A stretch of DNA of 64,000 nucleotides from Yuukianura sp. NJ FZ-2021 (Eukaryota): NCBI GenBank assembly GCA_046563655.1, contig CM102288.1, positions 4,650,001 to 4,714,000 on the forward strand, read 5' to 3'. Shown here one piece after another: positions 1 to 13,120 of this stretch. Numbering within the stretch: position 1 is the stretch's first letter; each line of letters starts with the position of its first letter. Under the pieces are notes generated by a model, which was not told the DNA's origin, ran no database searches, and was given only the letters and a program-made list of their open reading frames with translations. Made by a program: the position numbers and the translations under genes.

Positions 1-853
1 TTGCATCTCTGTTTCTTCCTGTTTCTGAGTTATCTGACGAATAGTTACTCCTTTTTTCTCTTCAAATTCTTGTCTTCTTGCAATCGATGGAAATCTATTG
101 AAATTGACTTTTGTAATCGACCCTATGCATGGTCTCAGTCCATCTTATTCTTCCTTTGTTCACTTTTGGAAACACGCAGGAATCAAAGAGATATACGCAC
201 ATATTTCCATTTGAAACAAAGTTTAATTTTCATTGCGTGTTTCCTCTTTCTGCGGAGGACTTTAAATTAATAGCCAAAGAGCAGGCAGATTGTTCAAACA
301 TTTCATGTTCCTCCTTTCAACAACTCAAAACTCAAATTCCTCGGATGAAATTCAAATTCAGTTTTTCATTTTTTGGAAACAATTTTGGAAAAAATGATAT
401 TTGAGCGTGGCGGGTCATGATAACTTTCCCTTGGTGTGCTGGTGGTGAGTCAAGTAATGAAACCACTTAAGTGCAAATGCCCCTCCGAAGGGAAAGGCTT
501 TTAGGCAAGGGCCGATGCGATAGCATTTATCATGTGAGGATGTGGGTGAAAGCAGTTCTCTGACATTCTTGGACGGTAACGTATGAACCTCACAGTCTTA
601 CGGACGGCCACTTATGCACAGTAGACTTACGGACACATAACCTAACTAAATTTAACCTAAAACTATTCAAAAGTCACTGTCTATAAGAATGCAAAGTCCA
701 CCATTTACCGGTTTTAAGTGTCTTGTCATGGGGTGAAAGCAGGAGAGAAAGCGTCATCATTTGTAATGATACGGGGACAAGGGGTTCTCTTTTATCATAC
801 AAGGCAAAAGGGGGTTCTTTTTCAATAATAATTCTTATGGTCTCTCCTTCCAG

Positions 854-3800
854 GACGAACCCATGTGTTTCCACTACAGGATATTCGATCGCCCCTCCAA
901 AACACTCCCTGCAAGACCCCCAGTCAAGAGAGCTGCTCCGGTTCTCGATGAGCCACCACCAGACGATGCCCCACCGTCCGGATCCCACCAAAATGCGCCC
1001 TCTCCCGGCTCATCTGCTCCCTCTACTACTAAACAGCCCCGCCTCGGAACTGGATCCACCACAACTTCAGATTCCAAGGGAGGTCAAACTACTACAGTGA
1101 CTTCAGAGAGTGGAGGTCAAGGGTCAAAGAAAGAACGTGGGAAAAGTTTCGGAATTCCATCACCGGAACAAGATCTAGAATGTTCCGGATTTTCATCTTC
1201 TCCAACATACTCAAGTTATGACAGCTTGAGTCCGACTGGAAAAGGAGCTGTTTTCACCACATCTTCGTCGTCACCGGACAGCCCTTCGAGTCCCCTCAAA
1301 ATGTCAATCAAGGCCGATGGGAAGACTCATCGTCATCGTCATCGTCACCACAAAGAGAAGCACAAGAGAAAGAGCAAGTCGAAGAGCAAGAGCAAGGACC
1401 GTGACAAGAGCAAAGAGCGTGACAAGAACAAGGACAAGGATCGCTACAAGTACAATGCCCATCCTAATCCTACGCAAAGTCAGACCATCACTGTGAAGCC
1501 AGGGAAGCATCGGCATCGTCACCACCATAAGAACCGGGACAAGGATGGAGACAAGCCAACTACTGTCAGTAACGCAGCCACTTCGGCCATGACACCCTTG
1601 AATGTACCAGCAGCGTCAAGTCCAGCTCCACCGACGGTTGGAAGCGATCAGCGATCCAGGACGTCATCAGTGACTTCAGTTGGTTCCATAGCAAGTTCCT
1701 CTGGAATCGAGTTGACTCCGATTCCAATTCAGACTGGAAAGCAAGTTCCTCCGAGCACTACCAACTCAAATGGTCAGAAAATGAAGAACATCAAAATCCC
1801 CGATTCGTTGCAATTGCAAGTCCCAAAATCAGTGACTCTCATTCCCGTGACCCCAGGAGTGACCAAAACCTCCAGAAATGTGACCCCTAGCGGCGAAAAA
1901 GCAACCGGGACGCGTCCAACTTCTCAAACCTTTACACATCCAATCACGAATAAGTCACTACACCAAATTACCGTTACAGAAGTACCCCCACCCAATGTCA
2001 ACCCACCTAAAACTTCCGTACCCTCCACGAACAATGTCAAGGTCAACCAAGGTCAAGGTCAAACTGGAACTACCAAGACAGGACCGTCTGGAACCAATTC
2101 TGCCACCAATAACATTATTACCATTGAAAAATGTGCTCCCACCCCTAGTCACCCCGCCCCCAAACAGCTTTTTAACGGCCCAGGAAGTATGGAAATAACA
2201 AAGATTTACTGCGACACGACTTCAGCACAGAATTCAGCACAGGCTGGACAGAAACCAAAAAGCACTTCAGGATTCGACGCAAGTTCACAAATGAAACTAA
2301 AAGGACTTGACATTAGCATTACGCCGACACCACCATCGTATGGAAAAAGTCTACCCCAGATGACCCCGGGGTCACGCAAGGTCGAAGAACCGCCGACGTA
2401 TGGAAAATTGAATGTGGCTGGAATTCCAAAGATTCCGGGCGTGTCCATTTTGCCTCAGGCGGTGCACAATGCTCACAAGGAGCAACAACGCAAACTCAGT
2501 TCAGGACAAATGAGTTTCTCATGTACTAAAATCACTCCGGAGAGTAACGGAGTCAAGGTCAACAGCAGCGCCAGCATTCCGAGTGTCACAAGATTATCTG
2601 GCGCCACAAATTTGAAAAACGCTGAACATCAGCGATCTCCCTCTCCAGCGACAAGTTTAAATGGAAAATCTGGAAGAACACCACCTCGTAAATGCAGTGC
2701 CGACAGCGTTTATGAAAATTCGTCGCGTGGCCCCTCCCCTTCCCCTGTCAGCCAATCAAGAAAAATGTCTTTGCCGATTTCAATTGTCAGTGGAGGTGAC
2801 TTTTCAAATCGAGCGTTCCAGGATCACCAAGTCACAAAAAGTCGTGACAATGCGCAGAATCAGACGACTAAAGGTCACAAGCGATCCTACGAAGCGACAA
2901 TGCCAATGTCTAATACTGTTTCGACCAATAAGAGACCTCGGGCAGAAATGTCGCACCAATCAAAACTGCCGCAGTTGGAGAAGAAAGAAACGCAGAGAAA
3001 CGAATCTTTACCGCTTGACCTCTCCGGAACCGGCAGGTCAAGTCGTCTCACTCCGCCGCATGAAATGACTCCAAGTCCAGCCATCAGGGTGACACCTCCT
3101 GGAAGCGACATTGTCGCCGGAAATCATTCAGCGATTCCAATGCCACTTCATCTCCAGACGCCTCCAACGACGCAGTCGCAGTCATCACCGAAATTGTCAC
3201 ATAAAAACCAATCTAGCCCGTCGATTGACTCGATCGTTGAGAATTTGACACAAAAACATCAGAGGTCAGGGTCAATGCAGCAGCAAAGATCTTCAATGTC
3301 ATCAACCTCTTCTAAAGAAAGCTTGTCACCACCCAATCCAAGGTCATCCCCACCCACATACCACCCTGACCTCTTGACCTTGTCAAATGCTGCAGCCACT
3401 GCAAGGAAAATGAGCCACCAAAAACAAAACTCCACTCCAGCATCATCAAGCATGACGAATTTGTTGGCAGCCGCGAGTGCGATGACGTTCAACCCGAATC
3501 CCACGGTGGGTCAAATTTCTCCAGGATCTGCCGCTGCAGCAGCAAGTATGATGCTGCCTGGACTTTTACATCAACTGGGTGTGGGACATCATCATCAACT
3601 GAGCGCCATGATGCTAAGTCCCCCTGGGTCACTTACAGGACCTCAAGGTAAGCCAGTCATTTCAGTTTTTCGCACGTGCTGTTCCAAAACCTCTTTTTCA
3701 AATGCTTTTCAAAACCTCCTTTTCAAAAATCCTTCTCAAAACCTCGTTTTCAAAAATGCCTCTCAAAACGTGTTCTTTTTTTTTCAAAATTTGTTTCCGC

Positions 3801-6800
3801 TTCAGTACGTATCCTGTCCCCTTACTTTTTAATACAAATTCCGGAATGATAAATTAATACAAATTCCACCACCTACAAGGCTACACGCCTATGTTCTCTC
3901 TCATCCTGCCTACATGTTAAACTAACATGCAGGCTTTAAAATGTAAGTTGGAAAAATTTAAAAAAAATTAAACTTGTTATTCTCTAAAAAACGAATTTGA
4001 AAACGAAACAAATGTAAAACGTTTATCGAGCTCAATAGAAATGTTAGAACTGAATTCACGCGAAGAGATTTTCACAAAAAAATCCAATGTGAAGTTTCAT
4101 CCCGGTTGGAATTCTAAAGCTTTGGTATGAAAAGTTGTCGTGTAGTTACAGCTACCTTGCTGAGCTATCTTGTTCGTAGTATCGTAGTTGAAGCCAAAAT
4201 TTTAATTTTTTTTTTGTAAGTTTTTTTTTTTACTGTTTTTGTTTTTAATTTTTCTTCAAAATTCTTGGATTTTTTCATATGATGGTTGCGGCGTATGAGC
4301 TTAGCTGTATAGTTTATGACAAAAGAAGGGAAAGCTTTGGCCGATAAGAGCAAAAATTCTCTTTTTTGGACACGAAAAGTAAAAGTTGGTTCGAAGATCT
4401 TCTCTTTCTCTCCCCCTCTCCACTTTCATTCAAAATATTTATGATTTCATAGGTATCAAGACATCCATGTTAGGTCAAGGCGGCATCTACGGAGGCTATG
4501 GACTCAACGGAAGGATGACCTCGTTGACCTCTTTTGGTGGGACTTCAGTGGGCCCTTCGTCAGTCTCAGCTCTCAGCCCACCTTCTTTCTACAACTCCCG
4601 AACACCACCCACCACCTCCACCCTCAAAATACCAAATCTAACCAAACCAAAGTCCAGAAGCAAAAGTCCCACCAACACTCCAGCCACTAATGGAATTCAG
4701 CAGAATGTCAAGGGGTCAAAGTCCCCCAAAAGCAACGGAACAAGTCCCCCCAGGGTCACTTCTCCCAATCAACCAATCACCACGAAGACTCCAGTTAGCC
4801 AATCAGGGGCGAGCAGCACTCAGCCGAAATCCAAACCAGTTTCCTCCAGTGGTGGATCGTTTAGTTTTGGAATTTCCAATTTCTTGAAAAACGATAGCAA
4901 GAGTGGAGTTGATCCAAATGCAAAAGCGATTGTCACTTCGTCAAGTGCTGGTTTGGTGGGACTGAGACCGTCTGCATCCAAATCTCAAAATGACAAGGTC
5001 AAAGGTCAACCTTCAAATGTATCTAAACCAAGTCAGTCACAACAGTCAGCTTCTACTAAATCCAGAGAACAGAGTCTCCCGGTTAGCAAACTGCTTGGAT
5101 TCGAATCTCCTCCAAGGAAAATTGAAAAACAAAGTGAAAACAGTTCGGAAAAACCGAAGCCACCGAGTGACGAAAGTATCAAGAGCAGTCGGCTCGGTGA
5201 CTTGGGCCTTGCACTTGGACTTATCCCATGCGATCCACCAGTCGTCGCCACCAGCCCCACCACATTGCCCCACCAATTGACTTCTCTACCAGTAGCACCT
5301 CCTGTTCCCAACGTCCAGAAACAGCCGAGTGCCAAATCATTCTCGATTCCTTCACTTCTCCCTTCATCTTCAATTCCGACGACCGTTCAACAACAAAATC
5401 AGGCAGTCCGAACGATTCCGAATCCGTCGCTTCTCAGTTCCCGCCAAAACAGTAATGCTGGACTGAACAATGGAGAATCAAGAATTTGGAAAAATGTTTC
5501 AACCAAGGCAGATTCTGCTATGACTGTTCCTCCCTCACAACAGCCCCCCACAGGACCCCCTTCGTCCAAAGAACCACAATCTATTGAACTGAACATGCGA
5601 CTCTGGATTGACCGCTATGAAAATGGAAGGGCCCAGCAGAAACTGTCTCCCACGAAGGACTCTCCCGCCCCTGCAGTCACACCAGAAGACTCCAAGTCCC
5701 CCCTGGCAACATTTTCTGCATCAGTACCCTCACCACCCACCAACAACTCAGATGAACAAGATTCCAAAACAGACGAATCTCCAACTCCAACACAAGGAAA
5801 TTCCACGATGAAACCAAATTCTGACGACATCCAAAAATTCAAGTTCCCAGACATGGACAACCAGCATGTCCAAGGTCCAAAGTTAACCACTTCACCAATT
5901 TCTGAAAAAATTGAGCCAATTTCAGAAATTTTGAAATTCGAACCAATGGAAATTGAAACTTCGAAAGTTTTGGATCCCGAGCGATACGATCTGTGTAAAG
6001 AGTCAAATGGCACTGAAACTGAAAATTCCAGAGAAGTTGGAAACTCTGAAACTGAAAATTGCGAGAATGTTGGAAATTGTGAAATTTTGAAAAGCGTGAC
6101 TGCTTTGGCCGATGGAATCTCGATAGTCACGGAGTCCAACGCGTGTGTTGAAGATGATTGTGCTGAGAAAGAGGCAGAATCCAAGGAAGACTGTGTTGCT
6201 GTAGTGTTGAATGGGGACAGTGAAGCAGAAGAAGGGAACACTTTCGTCCAAAGTGTTGACGAGTCTCCCATTGTGATACAACCTACTTCCCCAATCGCAT
6301 TCATCAATCAGGCCGAATCCGAAGTCGTACCCCTCTTTTCCAAAAACGATGTCGCAAGTCCTATGGAAGATGTCGCAACTTCTGAAAACGAAGTCGCAGG
6401 TTCTAACGGCATGGACGATGTCATTTCTCTGGGTGACGATGAGAAATGTGACAGTCCAGCTCTCGTGATAGATGAAGACGAGGAGGAAGTTTGCTGTGGA
6501 CAGGAAGACGATAAATGCACTGGAGGCCTTCCAGGAACGATGACTGATACGGAGGCTACTGAACAAGACTTGGGCTGTGGTGAGGATGGCCCTCCCCTCC
6601 AAGGGCCCGGAAGCCCTTATCCCAAGGGCCTCACTCTTCTCATTGGATCAGAGGGTCCATTCCCCCTGTCTGAGTCTGAAGCTAAAGGGCCCCCCTCTAC
6701 TGTCCCTGCTACTCAAACTACTGCACAAGGTGAGAACTTGGACAAAGTCGCTGCAGCGTCGCTTCATAACAACAACAACGTTTGTCCAGGCAGCGGTGGC

Positions 6801-6869
6801 GCTGGAACCGAAATCATCTCCACCCCTCCCTCCACAAACTCCACACCGCCCCTCCCTACTTCTAACTAA
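854..6869 (+). CDS. Psc: Posterior sex combs-like PRC1 subunit (PCGF/BMI1 family), 3' part: end of RAWUL domain plus ~1700-aa disordered C-terminal region; 5' exons lie upstream of the window
   Basis: Exons 854-3647 and 4453-6869 (ttccag| acceptor, G|gtaag donor, catag| acceptor, phase 1 consistent). The exon opens DEPMCFHYRIF, matching the RAWUL C-terminal strand and the phase-0 intron position of the neighbouring paralog ([13 protein letters not shown]). Long S/P/T/K-rich tail. The RING domain is not visible in the window. Confidence 0.7.
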
Positions 6870-9499
6870 ACAACGTCAAGTAAAATTTTCAATTCAAAAG
6901 ATTTCAAAATTTTGATGAATTTTTAATTTTTCAATGAAATTCAAAGAAAAATGTTTCTTCAATACATTGCGATTGCGATTCGCTTGAAATAGAAAAAAAA
7001 TAGGTTTCTGGTGAATTTTTGTTCCTCGTTTTCTCTTTTCAAATTACCTTTTCAAAGTTTTTTTTTCAAAAATGAAAGTTAAAAACGACAATTAGTCGAA
7101 GGTTTTAGAAATTTTGGAAAATTGAAGTCGGATTGACTTATTTGACGGAAAACCGAATGTAACTATTCTTGTAAATAGATTTATTTTGTGAGTTTGTCAA
7201 ATTAAGTAGCCCGGTCCCAAGCTTTATCAAGTCTGGGTTCATTCACATCTCAACTTCTATTAAAGTTAACGACGAGTGTAACTAACTATTGCACTAGTTT
7301 GTAACAGTCTATTGTAATACGTAGAGATCAAAGGTCAAAGGTCAAGCTAAAAAAAGTATACGAAAAAAGTGTACATAGGGGAAAGTGTAGCGGAAATGTT
7401 TGAAAATGGGTTTGGCGGGAGAAAGTGCGATCAGAATAAGAATTTTGTAAAAAAGAAAAGAAAAACTTTCTCCGAGATCAATAACTTTCTCTTTCTTTTG
7501 TTTTCGTTTGAGAAATGAGCCAAACCCAACACCCAGATCTGTCAACTGTTACCCACTAATTACGGTTAGTTAATTACAATTAATTACTAAAACTAATTAC
7601 TTTTTGTTTCCTTATCTAAACTGGAACTTGAACATGTAAAAACAGAACTTCATGGGAAACTCGGGTGAACCATACCTACGGTGAATAGAAGGCCATAATC
7701 AGGTGTGTAAAATTTAGTTTTGGCTGGCTTTGGAGTTGGGAGAATATCGTTAGTTGTAATTAATTGTAATTAGTAATTGTAATTATGTAATTAGTGATTG
7801 TAATTAAGTTGGTTGAAGACTTAACTGAAGACTACTAGTGAGTATAATTGAATCCAAAGATCAACAATTGACTTTATCCTAGTTAAAAACTGTTAAAAGT
7901 GTATTGTGTCAAGAGACTGAAGTTCATTGCAGAGTGAGCAGAAAATGGAAACGGTTTGATTTCAACAATTCCTACTACAAGTAGCCTCTGTAGTAATATC
8001 TTTTACCAAAATTTTGAATTTTGTTCAAAATTGTTTTAATTAGCCATTTTTTAGAAATTTTAAATTTTAGAATTTAGAATAACTAGTGGGGTTATAAATC
8101 GTTGGGTGGCTAAGGAGTTTGTGTCTGTATTTAAACAGTATGAGTTGCGATTCCTTCGTGACGTGGAATAGAAAATAAATCTTCTCCAGTCTCCAAAAAT
8201 GAATTTTCAAAAGTTTGAGCTATGTCCGATTTCGAATTTTTGCCTTTTTTTTTGAATTTGTGCGAAAGGTTTTTCGTTTCCAAATGGAAAAGCAATCTAA
8301 GGTTGAGCAGCGTCTTGGGACCAATTCGTTTCTTTCAGAACACTTTTTGTCGACAACTTTCTCTCTGAAACTCAATTGGAATTCAAGAAATAGTTTTTAG
8401 ATTTCAAAATATTTTCAAAATTGAAAATTTGAAATGAAAGTGAGCCGGATTTGATGAAATTTTGAAAGCAAAGAAAAGAGAGTGGAACTTTTCCCCGCGT
8501 GATTCATCACTCTTTCACAATTGTTGGCTGCTCAGCCAAGTGAACTCCCCATTTGGTTTGATGAAAGTGAAAGCAACTTCTTTCCCCACTTTCACAACCA
8601 ACATTCCTCACTACAACCTAACAGCATCAGTTCAACACAATCAGTTCGACAGCAATCAGCTCAACCCAAATTCATCAACTTCCGTCACTTTCCTGACAAA
8701 ATACCCAATTTCTCTGTTCAACCACTTCTAAGTTGAACTAACCCTGTCGAACCAATTGTAGTTGAACAAAAGTCGTCATTTTCCTGCCTAATGGAAATTG
8801 GAGTAACTCCGGGCTATTTCCATGTTGAGGGCTTCCTGCCCTTCGTCTCTGTCTCCCCCACATGCGCCTCCGTTTCCATTGATTTTCAATTTGATTCCAG
8901 TCCACAACTTTCTCTTTTTCAAACTTATTCCAAACGTAACCAGAAGACGTCAGAAGGCACTCAAATGATGGAAAAGTTGAAAGGAATTGTTGAAAAGCGA
9001 AGCTCCAGGGTCACCTTCACTCGGCTTCTCCACTTTCTCCGCTTTTTGGAAACTTGTAGTGACTCGGGATTACTCGGAGAGTTTGAAGGGCGATGCAAAA
9101 CCTCCCTTGGAACATTACATGCCTCTTCATTAGAAAAACACAACCAGAGACTCCAGACGCACAAACAGGATTAATGTCCCCCTCACTCCAACTATCAATC
9201 CCCTTCTACCACTTTCAACTCCAAACTTTTTCCAAGGCACGAACTTCTTTTTACAAAAAGAAACTTGAAAAACAAAAAATTCATTAACTTTGTTCATAAT
9301 TTCCACTCCGGCTAAAAACAACTCAATGCCGCATTTTATTGTGTTATTCTACTGCGTAATCAGATAATATCTCCATTACATCTTGGTTTGCACTTGCAGT
9401 AGTTGCAGTATTCTACACTTTTCGACTTTGAAATGGAAAATTTTTTAACCTTTTTTCGTTTTTTCTTTGAACCACGAATTTTGAAATTTCAGTTTTGAA

Positions 9500-9771
9500 G
9501 TTCCGATCAACGCAGGTTTTAACGGTCGTCAGCGTAGCCATCCTGTTGTGTGGCTACAATAGGCGGCTATCCGGGATGGCAACATTTGTTGCCGCTCTCA
9601 CGAAACCAGACCACATAAAGTGGCAACATTTGTAGTCGTTCTAACGTAACCAAACCTAAGATAAAGTGGCAACATAAGTAGCCATATAGTATAGCCACCC
9701 ACTGTGGCCGCAAAGTGGCTAAACAATGTGGATGATACAATAAGTATCGTTAAACCTTACCTCAACCGAAC
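9500..9771. mobile_element. MITE-like element, family with TTCGGTTGAGGTAAGG-like termini
   Basis: Right end aaaccttacctcaaccgaac, degenerate left end, internal gtggcaacat/gtagcca repeats; similar to 17957-18202. Confidence 0.65.
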
Positions 9772-12700
9772 TTCCTACATAACTTGACATTTTTTTGAAA
9801 GAAGTTAGCACAAGTAAATTAAAATTGTACTGCGCAATTAGTAAAGAGTGTACCTGGGAATGGTGTTACATTTTCCTGTTTCTTGTTAACACAGAAAGAC
9901 GTGGGAAGTATTTGGAATTGCAATTTAAGTTTACGAGGGAGTGAATCTTTTGGCGTGCTTTTAGAGTTGCCTTGAATGAGACCAAGTGGATTTTTGAAGA
10001 TTAATGGATTTGGAAATGAATTATTCATGGGAGTGGTTACGTCCATTAATATAATATAAAATATTAATGTGAATATATAAAAGATAGATTCGAGATGAAG
10101 GTGATTGTTGAGAAGTCAGTTGGCAATTGTTCTTTTCCGTCTCATTGATAACCATCTTCATGCCTCTTCGCTCTTTGAAAAAAAGCCTCCTCAAAAGTTT
10201 CTGGTTTCGAACCAAAACCAGATTTAGAAAATTCAAAATTTTGAAAAGAAGACTGAAAAAGTTAATTTTGAAAAATTTGCAAGTTTAAAGTCAAAAACAA
10301 AATTTAGAAAGCCCTAGAGGGCAACATTTTGGATGTTCTACAGTTTTTCCACATAGCTTCGTCGAAGTTTTTACCCGCAATTCGGTAAATCTGTGTTTCG
10401 TTTTTAGTTAAAAAAAAATCCTTGGAATTGGCTTGGCTTGCTTAAAAAAGTCATTTGGTGGGTGTTAATTTTTGTTTTCATAATTTGTTTTTCTTTTTAC
10501 ACGATTCGTTGTTCTTGTTTCCAAATTTTCGAAATTGAAAAGTCATAGTAGTGACGTTTCAAAATTTTGCTCTGAGTCTCGTTTCAATTTGACTAAAAAA
10601 TAACATCTTTTTAAAAAGAACGGCCATAAGGTCTCATCACCAAAAGTTTTTTGACGGATTGACCACGCCTTGAAAGGAACAAAATGTGAAAATGGTTGGT
10701 CTATTTTACGGAAACTTTGTACTTCTTAACATTAAGGGTACTGTTCCTCTGCTTCAAGTACCCAGGAGGCCCTTCGTCTTCACTCAATTCAACATGGACA
10801 TAAGAGCAATTGACCTTTTCAAACTTTTTCAAAACAACCTCCATTTTTAAACCAACAAATTCCAGGTCATCCAAGTCCCGTATCCTTCACGCTGCAAAGT
10901 TTGAGCTAACTTTTAGAACTTTGAAAATTCAAAATTATGATCAATTCAAGAAAATTAAGAACGTTAAAATTGAAACGCTTAAAACTTTAGTAAGACTTAC
11001 GATGTACTTACGATTAGTTTACAAAAAGAAAAAAAAACTCTACAAAAACTGAAAAACTTCAAAATTTTTGTGAAAAGTGTTTTGAAAACATGGTTTCGTT
11101 AGAACTAACCAGGACCAGGAAAAATTTGGTAAAAAAAAATTCAAAATTTTAACGCTGTAAAAGTCTAGCAGGACCTGTGGGAATTTAAAGTTTTCAAAAA
11201 CTTGATTTTTTGTGTGAAGATAAGCGTCTGTGCCTGGGAGAGAGCTGAATCTTTTTTTTGTGTCTTTCGTTGAAGCTCATGATGAGAATTTTTTAAGTTT
11301 CGTGACTGCAGAGCAATTGAAAGTCGCAGGGAAGTGGAATTTCCTTTCAGTCTCTCTCAGATGAAGTTGGTCTCTCCGCATCTTCCGTTGCCACGCAACC
11401 AACGATCTCTCTCCCTTGCATCTTCCAAAGTTTCATGAAGATTTAGCACTGGGCCCACCACTGTTCCGAAGCCCCACTACTCCCCTCCACCCTGTACAGA
11501 TCCAAAAAGAAGTGGGGCCATCTACAACCCACCACTTAACACCTCTTCCCAAAAAACAACACGAGAGGCAGGACCTCCTGGACGCCACTCACAAAACCAA
11601 CAAAAAAACTCAAAACTAAAGATTTTTGTAGAAGTTGAGTTTTTATCCAATTGCGTACTTTTTCGGTAGGAATTTTGTCATTTTTTGAAATCTGAACATC
11701 AAAACTCAAAATGACGATATGTTAAAATATTTTTGACTTAAAATGAAAACAAAGAAACAAACGTACTTCAATTGAGTATTTTGAGAGAATTTTTGAGAAA
11801 AATGAAACTGATTTTTTTTTCAATTACAAAAAATCTAATCCGACAGATTCAAGACGAAATATTGCACAAAAGTTAGGAACAAATGTTTTCACAATTTTTT
11901 CCTACACTTGTTTTCGCCTTTTTCTTTCATAATTTCATAGTTTTTTTTTCATAATTTGAAGGAAAAGCAGAGCATATGGCATCCGACAGATCGAATCTCC
12001 CCTTCCATCTTTTCGACGTCAATAGACGAAGAAGAGACAGGAAGTGACTTCTTGCTTCTTCTTTTGTTGCCACTTTAACAAACCTAACAAAAGCATAACG
12101 TTAACCACTCAAAAAACTAGCAAATATGTAACGACGCTTCCATTGAGTTAATCATGAATTAACCCAATTGGCACAAGGTCAGCAGTCAAGGTCAACATAG
12201 TAGTTTACTTTTGGACTCAAAATAGAATTTTAGAAGGAGGAATTCAAGTGAAAGGCAAAGGTCATACACTTCGTTTCAATTCATAAATCTAACTTAAATT
12301 TTCCTAAAACTAACGTATTATTATTATTATTATTATTAACTACTATTATTTAACTTCCAGTTCTAAAGAAAGACGCTCAAGTCACATCGTAACTAATCAT
12401 TTAAACTATTTGTACAAAATTTAGAAACTGTTGTATAGGAGATCTGCACATTGTAGAACTATTAGGGACAACTTTTAACTACCGATTACTAATTAACTTA
12501 ACAGTAACAGCGTTAATTACTCAACTTCACAAGTTCTCTGTTCTTGTATTATTAATAATACCCTGTCTCCGCCAATTCACACATTAAACAACCATTACAA
12601 AGTTATTCCATAACGCGATTTTTGAAACTACTAGTAGTAGAGACAATTTTAAAGAAAACGGAGATTTCAGAAAACTGGGAAAGTCTTTGCCAAACCAGGA

Positions 12701-13120
12701 AAACTATTATAAATTAATTTGCGGCAGTAGAATTGAGAATAAAGTTAGCAAATTGAACACAAATAAAAATGAACACGTTAATTAAGAGTAAGCATTTCCT
12801 TAATAAGTCTAAAATAGTTTAGTTTTAGTAGTTTTGTCACTTCTGCTATTATAAGTTTCATCTGAAGATCAAGTATTTTGCCATTTGCTTCACTTTTAAG
12901 TTTAAACCTTAATGTAAGGAATAGGAGAGTAAGTTTTGTATATAAAAATACTCCGTAAGTAACAAACTCTCATTTCGTTAATCGTTTCGTATGGTCTACT
13001 CCTTTTTTTAAAAAAAGATAGATTTTTAGGAAGAATAGTGAGCAGTTGCGGTACTTAAGTTGAAAATTGAGACACTTCGGTTTCAGTAAAGATTCAGGCA
13101 CTGCGTGTCCTCTTCAACAA

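Noticed and set aside
863..6869. Two separate large ORFs (989 aa and 827 aa) as independent genes
   Set aside because: Phase-compatible splice sites at 3647/4453 join them; the ORF ends run into AT-rich intron sequence.
8200..12900. Short ORFs between the two Polycomb genes
   Set aside because: Low-complexity AT-rich ORFs without coherent exon structure; more likely UTR or intergenic sequence.
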